Source of the DNA: a bacterium | GTDB lineage: Bacteria; RBG-13-61-14; DATKZS01 | Direction of reading: 5' to 3' | NCBI GenBank assembly: GCA_046484135.1 | Contig: JAWOBU010000083.1 | Span: 1-15,860, forward strand | DNA: 15,860 bases | In this document: positions 1 through 15,680 of the stretch, piece after piece | How positions within the stretch are numbered: position 1 is the stretch's first letter | Layout of the letters: every line of letters starts with the position of its first letter | The notes under the pieces: model-generated | The model's database searches: none | What the model saw: the letters and a program-made list of their open reading frames with translations, nothing else | What the model was told of the DNA's origin: nothing | Translations under genes and position numbers: made by a program

Positions 1-1
1 C

Positions 2-88
2 AATTACAGAGAAGAGGGTATAGAGGTGAATCCCGGCGAGTCTATACGATATATCGTTACAGACGGTGAAAGTAGGGACTATCGTAGG
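2..88 (+). other. Foreign-looking coding fragment, possibly from the C-terminal region of a family-B (PolB2-like) DNA polymerase; open at the window edge
   Basis: Frame 2 reads [29 protein letters not shown], which recalls the G-x-x-V-x-PG-x-x-I-x-Y-I-[VI]-TD segment of PolB C-termini (recalled similarity, not searched). By hand count the segment is ~45% GC with ~41% GC3, well below the flanking genes. Confidence 0.4.
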
Positions 89-90
89 GC

Positions 91-204
91 AAGCGCCGCA
101 ATTACTCGACCACGAAGAACAAGAAGAATACACCGGACAAGCTGGCGCTTAAGAAGTACTGTCCCTCCTGCAGGAAACACACGGAGCACAAAGAGACCAA
201 GTGA
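91..204 (+). CDS. rpmG: 50S ribosomal protein L33, 5'-truncated (about the first 12 codons, including the first CxxC, are missing)
   Basis: Frame 1 from 91 reads [37 protein letters not shown] followed by TGA at 202-204, which is the L33 body with its C-terminal CxxC. It sits in the usual position upstream of tRNA-Trp/secE. There is an in-frame TAG at 85-87 and no start codon. It is absent from the ORF track. Confidence 0.9.
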   Translation, partial: KRRNYSTTKNKKNTPDKLALKKYCPSCRKHTEHKETK

Positions 205-242
205 GGCTGTGACATATTTCATTTTTTAAGGAACCGGCCGGG

Positions 243-318
243 GCGCCAGTAGCTCAATTGGTAGAGCGCCGGTCTCCAAAACCGGTGGCTGGGGGTTCGA
301 GTCCCTCCTGGCGTGCCA
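243..318 (+). tRNA. trnW: tRNA-Trp (anticodon CCA)
   Basis: 76-nt cloverleaf. Acceptor stem GCGCCAG(243-249)/CTGGCGT(308-314); D-arm AGCTCAATTGGTAGAGC; anticodon stem CCGGT/ACCGG with loop CTCCAAA (CCA at 276-278); T-arm GGGGG-TTCGAGT-CCCTC; discriminator G315; encoded CCA at 316-318. Conserved rpmG-trnW-secE position. Confidence 0.98.
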
Positions 319-388
319 TTATTGTCATGGTTTTACTCGTAAGCGGGAACTTTCAGGTGAGAGCTTCCTTAAAAGGGGTCCTGGAAAG

Positions 389-799
389 ATGACCACGGAC
401 AATCAACGGATTTTGCAGTACTCTCTTTACGGCTTGGGTCTGGTGCTGTGGTACGTGCTGTGGCGGACCTTCGGGTCGGTGCTGAACATGGTGGACGAGT
501 TTTACTACCCGGTGAAGATGGTACACGTGCCGTTGGTGGGCTCTCTCATGAACCTGGTCCCCATCCTCACCCTGGCGGTGGCCATGGGAGTGGCGGAGTA
601 CCTCCGGAGGCACATGAAGGCCAACAAGTTCGGGATCGAGGTGGTAAGCGAGTTGAGAAGGGTCTCCTGGCCGGCGTCCAAGGACGTGCGGGGGACCACC
701 CTGGTGGTTCTGGGAGTAACCCTGGTGGTATCTCTCATCCTGTTTATGTTCGACAAGATTTTCGACGGCCTGATCGGACTGCTGTTCAAGCTGGCTTAA
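389..799 (+). CDS. secE: Preprotein translocase subunit SecE, long (three-TM) form
   Basis: 136 aa with three hydrophobic segments. The signature EVVSELRRVSWP precedes the last TM helix. It lies between tRNA-Trp and nusG. Confidence 0.93.
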   Translation: MTTDNQRILQYSLYGLGLVLWYVLWRTFGSVLNMVDEFYYPVKMVHVPLVGSLMNLVPILTLAVAMGVAEYLRRHMKANKFGIEVVSELRRVSWPASKDVRGTTLVVLGVTLVVSLILFMFDKIFDGLIGLLFKLA

Positions 800-818
800 G
801 TTGCAAGAGGTGTACTCC

Positions 819-1358
819 ATGTCCTCCGATGAAATGAAATGGTACGTCATTCACGCCTACTCCGGGTTCGAGAACAAGGCCAAGGCCAACCTGGAGGAGC
901 GGGTGCGCCAGAACAAGATGGAAGACTACTTCAGCGAGATGCTGATCCCTTCGGAGGAGGTAGTCGAGCGGTCCGGGGACAAGCGCAAGGTTACCGAGCG
1001 CAAGTTCTTTCCCGGCTACATGCTGGTAAAGATGATCCTGAACGACGAGACCTACCACCTGGTCAAGAACACTCCCAAGATCACCGGTTTCGTGGGAGGG
1101 ACGCGGAACCCTCCGTCAGTGCCGGACGAGGAAGCGGAACGGCTCACCCGGATGATATCCGAGGAGAGCATGCGTCCCAAGCCCATGGACAAGTTCGATA
1201 GCGGCGAGGTGGTAAAGGTGGTGGACGGCCCGTTCCAGGGGTTCAACGGGGTGGTGGATGAAGTAAGGCCGGAGAAGGGAAAGGTAAGAGTGCTGGTGTC
1301 CATCTTCGGAAGACAGACGCCGGTGGAGCTCGACTTCGTGCAGGTGGAAAAAGGATAA
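819..1358 (+). CDS. nusG: Transcription termination/antitermination factor NusG
   Basis: Motifs KWYVIHAYSGFE, FFPGYMLV and TPKITGFVG, plus the KOW domain VKVVDGPFQGFNG...SIFGRQTPVEL. I chose ATG 819 over TTG 801 because the SD-like GAGGTG (807-812) precedes it. Confidence 0.97.
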   Translation: MSSDEMKWYVIHAYSGFENKAKANLEERVRQNKMEDYFSEMLIPSEEVVERSGDKRKVTERKFFPGYMLVKMILNDETYHLVKNTPKITGFVGGTRNPPSVPDEEAERLTRMISEESMRPKPMDKFDSGEVVKVVDGPFQGFNGVVDEVRPEKGKVRVLVSIFGRQTPVELDFVQVEKG

Positions 1359-1412
1359 AGCCCGGAGCGGCCGCTATTGCCCTAAATGATCTCAAAGAGA
1401 GGTTTTTAAAAG

Positions 1413-1838
1413 ATGAAGAAAGTAATCGCCAATATCAAGCTGCAGATACCCGCGGGACAGGCCACTCCCTCGCCGCCGGTGGGCCCGGCGCTCGGACAGC
1501 ACCAGGTGAACATCGCCGCCTTTGTAAAGGAGTTCAATGCCCGCACCGCCAAGGAGGAGCCCGGCCTTATTATCCCCGTGGTGATAACCGTGTACGGCGA
1601 CCGGAGCTTCTCCTTCGAGACCAAGACCCCGCCCGCGTCCGTGCTCCTGAAGCGGGCGGCCAAGATAGCCAAGGGCTCGGCCGACCCCAAGCGGGAGAAG
1701 GTGGGAAAGGTGTCCGCAAAACAGGTCCGGGAGATAGCGGAGTACAAGTTCAGGGACTTAAACTGTATTGACATGGAAACCGCGGTCCGGACGGTCGCAG
1801 GCACGGCCCGGAGCATGGGCATCCAGGTGGTGGAGTAA
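1413..1838 (+). CDS. rplK: 50S ribosomal protein L11
   Basis: [45 protein letters not shown] and GTARSMGI; 141 aa. Confidence 0.98.
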   Translation: MKKVIANIKLQIPAGQATPSPPVGPALGQHQVNIAAFVKEFNARTAKEEPGLIIPVVITVYGDRSFSFETKTPPASVLLKRAAKIAKGSADPKREKVGKVSAKQVREIAEYKFRDLNCIDMETAVRTVAGTARSMGIQVVE

Positions 1839-1869
1839 GTCCTCTCCCGGCCGGAGACTAGGAGGATTC

Positions 1870-2577
1870 ATGCCGGCAAAAGGAAAAAGAATAAAAGACC
1901 TCAAACAAAAGGTGGACCCGTTCAAGGCCTATCCCTTGGACGAGGCCCTGGACCTGCTCGCCGAGTTTAAGTCGGCCCGGTTCGACGAGACCGTGGAAGC
2001 GGCCATACGGCTGGGGGTGGACCCCCGCAAGAGCGACCAGATGGTCAGGGGAACGGCCAACCTTCCCCACGGGACCGGCAAGACCGTCCGGGTGGTGGTC
2101 TTCACCAAGGGAGAGAAAGAGCAGGAGGCCAAGGACGCGGGCGCCGACTACGTGGGGGCGGATGACCTGGTCAAGAAAATCCAGGAGGAGGGATGGCTCG
2201 AGTTCGACAAGGCCATCGCCACCCCCGACATGATGAGCCAGGTGGGAAAGCTCGGAAAAATACTCGGGCCCCGCGGCATGATGCCGAACCCCAAGGTCGG
2301 CACCGTAACCATGGACGTGGCCCGGGCGGTGAACGAGCTCAAAGGCGGCCGGGTCGAGTTCAGGGTGGACCGGGGAGCGAACATTCACTGCCCGGTCGGC
2401 AAGATGAGCTTCGGCAAGGACAAGCTGAAGGAGAACCTCATAGCCCTTTACGAGGCGGTGCAGAAGGCCAAGCCCGACACCGCCAAGGGGACCTACATAA
2501 AGACCGTGTACCTGTCCCCCACCATGGGACCGGGGGTCAAGGTGGATTCCGCCGGCCTGCGGGACCTCATGAAGTAA
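1870..2577 (+). CDS. rplA: 50S ribosomal protein L1
   Basis: [44 protein letters not shown] and SPTMGPG. The start is placed at ATG 1870 after the SD GGAGG (1861-1865); the track's 1768 start overlaps rplK. Confidence 0.97.
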   Translation: MPAKGKRIKDLKQKVDPFKAYPLDEALDLLAEFKSARFDETVEAAIRLGVDPRKSDQMVRGTANLPHGTGKTVRVVVFTKGEKEQEAKDAGADYVGADDLVKKIQEEGWLEFDKAIATPDMMSQVGKLGKILGPRGMMPNPKVGTVTMDVARAVNELKGGRVEFRVDRGANIHCPVGKMSFGKDKLKENLIALYEAVQKAKPDTAKGTYIKTVYLSPTMGPGVKVDSAGLRDLMK

Positions 2578-2665
2578 GCCCGCGCAAAAAGGCGTCCGTC
2601 CCGCTTTAAGAGCGGAAGATATAAAAGAGGAGCCGGGGTGAAAAGCCGCCGGCATATTTAGAAAA

Positions 2666-2776
2666 CCGTCAAAGACCGCAGGTCCGGACACGGTCAAACG
2701 GGCGAAGACCCGGCCTGCCGAGACGGGAAGAAGCACGGGAAGGGATGCGCTCTTCCCCGCTTTAAGTCCGTCTTGG
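2666..2776 (+). promoter_or_regulatory. Ribosomal protein L10 leader (L10-L12 autoregulatory mRNA element)
   Basis: CCGTC-AAA-GA-CCGCAGG(2666-2682) ... CCTGCC-GA-GACGG(2714-2726) forms the kink-turn-flanked stem typical of L10 leaders. It encloses the small hairpins CCG-GACA-CGG and CGGG-CGAAGA-CCCG and lies upstream of rplJ. Confidence 0.85.
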
Positions 2777-2864
2777 AGGAACGGCTCCCGCCGGCGGGGC
2801 CGGGACCGAAGGGTCCTTTCAAACACCGGAGACCGGACGCGGGGAAGGGAGGAGAGAAAAAGCT

Positions 2865-3398
2865 TTGAAAAGGAAAGAAAAAGAAGAGTTCGTGGACTGG
2901 ATGAACGCGGCTCTTAAGGAGACGCCTTCGGTGGTGATGGCCGACTACCGGGGTCTTGACGTGGCCCGGATAAGCGAGCTGCGCCGGCAGTGCCGGGAGT
3001 CGGGGGTGTACTTCAAGGTGGTTAAGAACACCCTGACCAAGCGGGCTTGCGCCGAGACTCCCATGGAGGTCATGGGGGACCACCTGGACGGGCCCACGGC
3101 GCTGGCCTGGCACCCGGAGGACCCGGGGGCCCCCGCCAAGGTGCTCACGGAGTTTGCCCGGAAAAGGGGAAACGAGGCCCTGGAGATAAAGGGCGCGGTT
3201 TCCGGAGGCCGTTTTTTAACCGGCCACGAGGTGAAGAACGTGCTGGCCACCCTGCCGAGCAGGGAAGAGCTCTACTCGAAGCTGGCGTTTTTGTTCGCGG
3301 AGGCGGGCGCGAGAAGGATGTACCGGCTTCTGCGGGCGGGCCCGACCCGGCTGCACCGTTGCTTGCTTTCGCTTAAGGAAAAACGGGAGCAGGGCTGA
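2865..3398 (+). CDS. rplJ: 50S ribosomal protein L10
   Basis: ADYRGLDV, ELRRQCRE, KVVKNTL, GPTALA and LATLPSREEL. TTG start preceded by the SD GGAGGAG. Confidence 0.96.
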   Translation: MKRKEKEEFVDWMNAALKETPSVVMADYRGLDVARISELRRQCRESGVYFKVVKNTLTKRACAETPMEVMGDHLDGPTALAWHPEDPGAPAKVLTEFARKRGNEALEIKGAVSGGRFLTGHEVKNVLATLPSREELYSKLAFLFAEAGARRMYRLLRAGPTRLHRCLLSLKEKREQG

Positions 3399-3478
3399 TC
3401 GGCGCACCGAGGCCGGCCGGAAGAAAAAACCAAACACCGCGAGAGCGGTATTAACGATTACGACAAGGAGTTAATGTC

Positions 3479-3868
3479 ATGGCGGAAATAACCAAGGAAC
3501 AGGTATTCGAGTTCTTCGATAGTATGACCCTGATGGACCTCTCCCAGTTCGTGGAGGAGTTCAAGGAGCGCTACAACGTGTCCGACGCCCCCCAGATGAT
3601 GGCGGCGGCCCCCGCGGCCGGCGCGGGCGCGGGCGCACCCGCGGAAGAGGAGGAGAAGACGGAGTTCACCGCGGTGTTGAACGAGGTGGGGGACAAGCGG
3701 ATCAACGTGATCAAGGAAATCCGGGGCATCACCCAGCTCGGCCTGAAGGAGGCCAAGGAGCTGGTGGAGAACGTGCCTTCCAACATCAAAGAGGACGTTC
3801 CCAAGGAAGAGGCGGAGGAGATAAAGAAGAAGCTCGAGGAAGCCGGCGCAAAGGTAGAAATCAAGTAA
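3479..3868 (+). CDS. rplL: 50S ribosomal protein L7/L12
   Basis: Ala/Gly-rich hinge, [33 protein letters not shown] and [19 protein letters not shown] upstream. Confidence 0.98.
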   Translation: MAEITKEQVFEFFDSMTLMDLSQFVEEFKERYNVSDAPQMMAAAPAAGAGAGAPAEEEEKTEFTAVLNEVGDKRINVIKEIRGITQLGLKEAKELVENVPSNIKEDVPKEEAEEIKKKLEEAGAKVEIK

Positions 3869-4052
3869 TAAGAACACTGGACAAAAAGGGAAAACATCGC
3901 ACACCCGGGGCGGAAGGGCGGGGCGGAAGCCTTTCTGTCGGCCGGGCTCTGGCCGTGGATAAAACGGCTTCATAAAAGAGCAGGGAGGGGATGCCCCCTG
4001 CAATCTCCAGTAAACAACCCGGCCGGGCGCCGGCGGGGTAAAAGGAGCTCCC

Positions 4053-8177
<4,125 letters not shown>

Positions 8178-8302
8178 TGAGGAGGGCTTGCCTGAAGCCA
8201 AAGACTTAAAAAGGCTGTGCAAGTGATTTCAACAGCGAACCGAACGGAACAGGTTGACTTGAAAAATAATCTTTTCCCACCCGTTTTAAGGAGGGAGAAA
8301 AA

Positions 8303-12406
<4,104 letters not shown>

Positions 12407-12452
12407 AAATATAAAGAAAAATTCTTGACTTTTGGAAAAATTTCGATAAAAT
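12407..12452 (+). promoter_or_regulatory. Sigma70-type promoter for the str operon (rpsL-rpsG-fusA-tuf) with an A-rich UP-like element
   Basis: TTGACT(12425-12430), a 16-nt spacer, then TAAAAT(12447-12452), preceded by an A-tract (12407-12421). The spacer is strongly AT-rich in a GC-rich background and the -10 box ends ~40 nt upstream of rpsL. Confidence 0.7.
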
Positions 12453-12490
12453 AATAAGATTCCATGAAAGATTGATACGGATCGGAGAAA

Positions 12491-12862
12491 ATGCCTACTA
12501 TAAACCAACTGGTCAATAAAGGAAGGAAGAAGGTGGGGAGAAAAACCAAGTCCCCCGCCCTCCAGAACTGTCCCCAGAAGCGCGGGGTGTGCGTCCGGGT
12601 GACCACCTTTACGCCCAAGAAGCCCAACTCCGCCATGCGGAAGGTGGCAAGGGTCAGGCTTACCAACGGCGTGGAGACCACTACCTATATACCCGGGGTG
12701 GGACATAACCTGCAGGAGCACTCGGTGGTGCTGATCCGGGGCGGAAGGGTAAAGGACCTTCCCGGAGTACGCTACCACGTGGTCCGTGGACACTTGGACG
12801 CCCAGGGGGTCCAGAACCGAAAGCAGAGCAGGTCCAAGTACGGCACCAAGCGTCCCAAGTAA
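12491..12862 (+). CDS. rpsL: 30S ribosomal protein S12
   Basis: [46 protein letters not shown] and RSKYG. Confidence 0.99.
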   Translation: MPTINQLVNKGRKKVGRKTKSPALQNCPQKRGVCVRVTTFTPKKPNSAMRKVARVRLTNGVETTTYIPGVGHNLQEHSVVLIRGGRVKDLPGVRYHVVRGHLDAQGVQNRKQSRSKYGTKRPK

Positions 12863-12865
12863 CGA

Positions 12866-12915
12866 AAAAAGATTGAAGCAGGAAAGACGGTCTTATAACT
12901 CGCTTCAATCTTTTT
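12866..12915 (+). promoter_or_regulatory. Perfect 14-bp inverted repeat in the rpsL-rpsG spacer (candidate regulatory or terminator-like hairpin)
   Basis: AAAAAGATTGAAGC(12866-12879) and GCTTCAATCTTTTT(12902-12915) are exact reverse complements around a 22-nt loop. Confidence 0.55.
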
Positions 12916-12947
12916 AGTTTGTAAAAGACCGGAAAGAGGCGGAGAAA

Positions 12948-13421
12948 ATGCCGAGGAGAAGAGAAGTCGAGGTCAGGGAGCTGATCCCGGACCCCATATA
13001 CAACGACGTTCAGTTGACCAGGTTCGTGAACGCGGTCATGAAGCGGGGCAAGAAAAGCCTGGCGGAGAAAATCGTGTACCAGGCCATGGATACCATTGCC
13101 GAGCGGACCAAGGAAGAGCCGCTCAAGGTGTTTAAAAGAGCGCTCAAGAACGTGCAGCCCATGCTCGAGGTCAAAAGCCGCCGGGTGGGAGGGGCCAACT
13201 ACCAGGTCCCGGTCGAGGTCAGGCCCCGCCGGCAGGAGACCCTGGCCATCCGCTGGATAATAAACTACGCCAGGGCCAGGAAGGCCGAGCACGCCATGCA
13301 CGAGAAGCTGGCCATGGAACTCTTGGACGCCGCGGAGAACAGAGGCACGTCAGTGAAAAAGAAGGAGGACACCCACCGGATGGCCGAGGCCAACAAGGCC
13401 TTTGCCCATTATCGGTGGTAA
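12948..13421 (+). CDS. rpsG: 30S ribosomal protein S7
   Basis: [34 protein letters not shown] and [15 protein letters not shown]. Confidence 0.99.
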   Translation: MPRRREVEVRELIPDPIYNDVQLTRFVNAVMKRGKKSLAEKIVYQAMDTIAERTKEEPLKVFKRALKNVQPMLEVKSRRVGGANYQVPVEVRPRRQETLAIRWIINYARARKAEHAMHEKLAMELLDAAENRGTSVKKKEDTHRMAEANKAFAHYRW

Positions 13422-13541
13422 TAACTCCCCGCTTTTCCCGCTTTTGAAAAGCGGCCAGGAGACACCTGGAGAAATGACACTAACGGCTAAAGGCCAAATA
13501 AAAAAATTCGCAAGCAAACTGGTGATCAGGAAAGGAACACC

Positions 13542-15623
13542 GTGGCAAGACTGGTACCATTACCGCGCATCCGCAACATCGGCATCATGGCACATATTGA
13601 TGCCGGCAAGACCACTGCGACCGAGCGGATGCTCTATTATACCGGCGTCACTTACCGAATGGGTGACGTGGACAGCGGCACCACTGTCACCGACTGGATG
13701 GAACAGGAGCAGGAAAGAGGCATTACCATAACCGCGGCAGCTACCACCTGCTTCTGGAAAGATCACCGAATAAACATAATTGATACCCCCGGCCACGTGG
13801 ACTTCACCATGGAAGTGGAAAGGTCGCTCCGGGTGCTGGACGGGGCGGTAGCAATATTCGACGCCTACGGCGGAGTCGAGCCCCAGTCCGAGACGGTCTG
13901 GAGACAGGCGGACAAATACGGAGTGCCCCGCATAGCCTTCGTCAACAAAATGGACAAGGTCGGAGCCAACTTCGCCAATGTCCTCGAAATGATCCAGAAC
14001 CGGCTCAAAGCTACGCCACTGCCCGTACAGGTGCCGATAGGAAAAGAAAACGAGCACAAGGGCATCATAGACCTGGTCCGCATGACCGGCATGGTATGGG
14101 ATGAAGACACCCTGGGAGCAAGGTTCAGAGAAATCCCCGTACCCGAGAACATGGAGGAAGAGGCCCTCTACTGGCGCGAGGTCATGCTCGAGACCCTGGC
14201 CGAGAACGACGAAGAGTTCATGGACAGCTACCTGGAGGGACGCCAGGTTGACGAACACCTGGTCCGACAGGCAATAAGAAGGGCGACGCTCCGGCTGCAT
14301 TTTTTCCCGGTTCTCTGCGGAGCCGCCTTCAAGAACAAGGGGATCCAGCCGCTCCTGGACGCCATTGTGGATTATCTGCCCTCGCCCCTGGAGGTGCCGC
14401 CGGTGGAAGGCGTGCACCCCAATACCGGCGAGAGGATGACAAGACAGGCCAGCGACGACGAGCCGTTCAGTGCCCTGGCATTCAAAATGATGAACGACCC
14501 CCACAAGGGGAACATGACGTTTACAAGGGTCTACTCCGGCCATGTCAAGGCCGGCAGCCACGTGTACAACGCGGCCAAGGGGAAAAAAGAAAGAGCGGGA
14601 AGACTTCTTAAAATGCACGCTGTCCGGGAGGAGGACGTGCCCGAGGTCTACGCCGGCGACATCGTGGCCGTGGTGGGGTTAAAGAACACCGGCACCGGCG
14701 ACACCCTCTGCGACCAGGCGCACCCCATCCTGCTGGAAGCCATCGAGTTTCCCGAGACCGTTATCTCGGTGGCCATCGAGCCGAAAACCAGGGCCGACCA
14801 GGACAGGCTTTCCACGGCGCTGGGCAAGCTCATGATAGAGGACCCCTCTTTCCAGGCCCGGTACGACGAAGAGCTGGGACAGACCCTGATCTCCGGAATG
14901 GGGGAGCTCCACTTGGAAGTAACCGTGGAGAAGCTCCTTACAGACTACAACGTCAAGGCCAACGTGGGAAAGCCCCAGGTGGCCTACAAGGAGACCCTGA
15001 CTCGGCCCTCCCGGGTGGAAGGAAAGTATGTTAAGCAAAGCGGAGGGCACGGACAGTTCGGGGTGGTCAAAGTCGAGTTCGAGCCGCAGGAGCGGGGACA
15101 AGGGTTTGTCTTTGAGAACAAAATCCGGGGGGAGGCCATCCCCCGGGACTTCATACCCGCGGTAGAGGCCGGCATAAAGGATGCCATGGAGTTCGGGGAC
15201 ATGGCCGGCTACCCGGTGGTGGACGTGAAAGCGAGGCTGGTGGACGGCAAGGCCCACGAGGTGGACTCATCGGAGATGGCCTTCCGGGCGGCGGGCTCAC
15301 TGGCTTTCCGGGAGGCCTCTAAAAAAGGAGGACCGGCGCTTCTCGAGCCGGTCATGAAGATCGAGATAGTGGTCCCGGAAGAGTACGTGGGAGAGGTCAT
15401 AAAGGACCTGAACTCCCGCCGGGGGACCATACTGGGGACCGAGAACCGCTCGGGCGCCTATATATATCATGCCGAGGTCCCCCTGGCGGAGATGTTCGGG
15501 TACGTGAATACCCTCCGGTCCCTGACCCAGGGAAGGGCGACCTACACCATGCAGTTCAACCGGTACGAGCTGGTCCCGCCCGCCATAGAAAAAGACGTGC
15601 TAATGAAAGTGAGAGGGTATTAA
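13542..15623 (+). CDS. fusA: Elongation factor G (str-operon copy, EF-G2-like switch I)
   Basis: 693 aa. [51 protein letters not shown] and [13 protein letters not shown] start after AAGGAA; located between rpsG and tuf. Confidence 0.97.
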   Translation: MARLVPLPRIRNIGIMAHIDAGKTTATERMLYYTGVTYRMGDVDSGTTVTDWMEQEQERGITITAAATTCFWKDHRINIIDTPGHVDFTMEVERSLRVLDGAVAIFDAYGGVEPQSETVWRQADKYGVPRIAFVNKMDKVGANFANVLEMIQNRLKATPLPVQVPIGKENEHKGIIDLVRMTGMVWDEDTLGARFREIPVPENMEEEALYWREVMLETLAENDEEFMDSYLEGRQVDEHLVRQAIRRATLRLHFFPVLCGAAFKNKGIQPLLDAIVDYLPSPLEVPPVEGVHPNTGERMTRQASDDEPFSALAFKMMNDPHKGNMTFTRVYSGHVKAGSHVYNAAKGKKERAGRLLKMHAVREEDVPEVYAGDIVAVVGLKNTGTGDTLCDQAHPILLEAIEFPETVISVAIEPKTRADQDRLSTALGKLMIEDPSFQARYDEELGQTLISGMGELHLEVTVEKLLTDYNVKANVGKPQVAYKETLTRPSRVEGKYVKQSGGHGQFGVVKVEFEPQERGQGFVFENKIRGEAIPRDFIPAVEAGIKDAMEFGDMAGYPVVDVKARLVDGKAHEVDSSEMAFRAAGSLAFREASKKGGPALLEPVMKIEIVVPEEYVGEVIKDLNSRRGTILGTENRSGAYIYHAEVPLAEMFGYVNTLRSLTQGRATYTMQFNRYELVPPAIEKDVLMKVRGY

Positions 15624-15680
15624 AAAAGATGAAAAGAAAAAGTCCAAATAGAAGTAAAGGAGAAAGCAAGGAGGATTCCG

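Noticed and set aside
1..90. Self-splicing intron or mobile-element end interrupting rpmG
   Set aside because: I see no group II domain V/VI, no group I core and no terminal inverted repeat, and the segment looks coding right up to the junction. The 7-mer CAATTAC at 1-7 and 99-105 does not flank the junction like a target-site duplication.
26..229. 67-aa ORF from the track
   Set aside because: It is a hybrid of the foreign PolB-like frame and an off-frame reading of rpmG across the junction, not a coherent gene.
1768..1869. N-terminal extension of L1 suggested by the ORF track
   Set aside because: It overlaps the rplK 3' end, and the strong SD plus L1 homology point to ATG 1870.
3436..3449. 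GNRA hairpin ACCGC-GAGA-GCGGT between rplJ and rplL as a terminator
   Set aside because: The stem is only 5 bp, has no T tract and lies inside a normally co-transcribed gene pair. At most it is a minor stabilising hairpin.
3888..3929. G-quadruplex in the rplL-rpoB spacer
   Set aside because: Only three closely spaced G-runs of 3 or more are present and the fourth is about 16 nt away. This is expected by chance in GC-rich DNA.
8254..8285. Internal promoter for rpoC (TTGACT near 8254)
   Set aside because: There is no -10-like hexamer at 16-18 nt spacing; the nearby AATAAT is too close.
12611..12770. Possible streptomycin-resistance substitutions in S12
   Set aside because: PKKPNSA and RVKDLPG are wild type at both key lysines.
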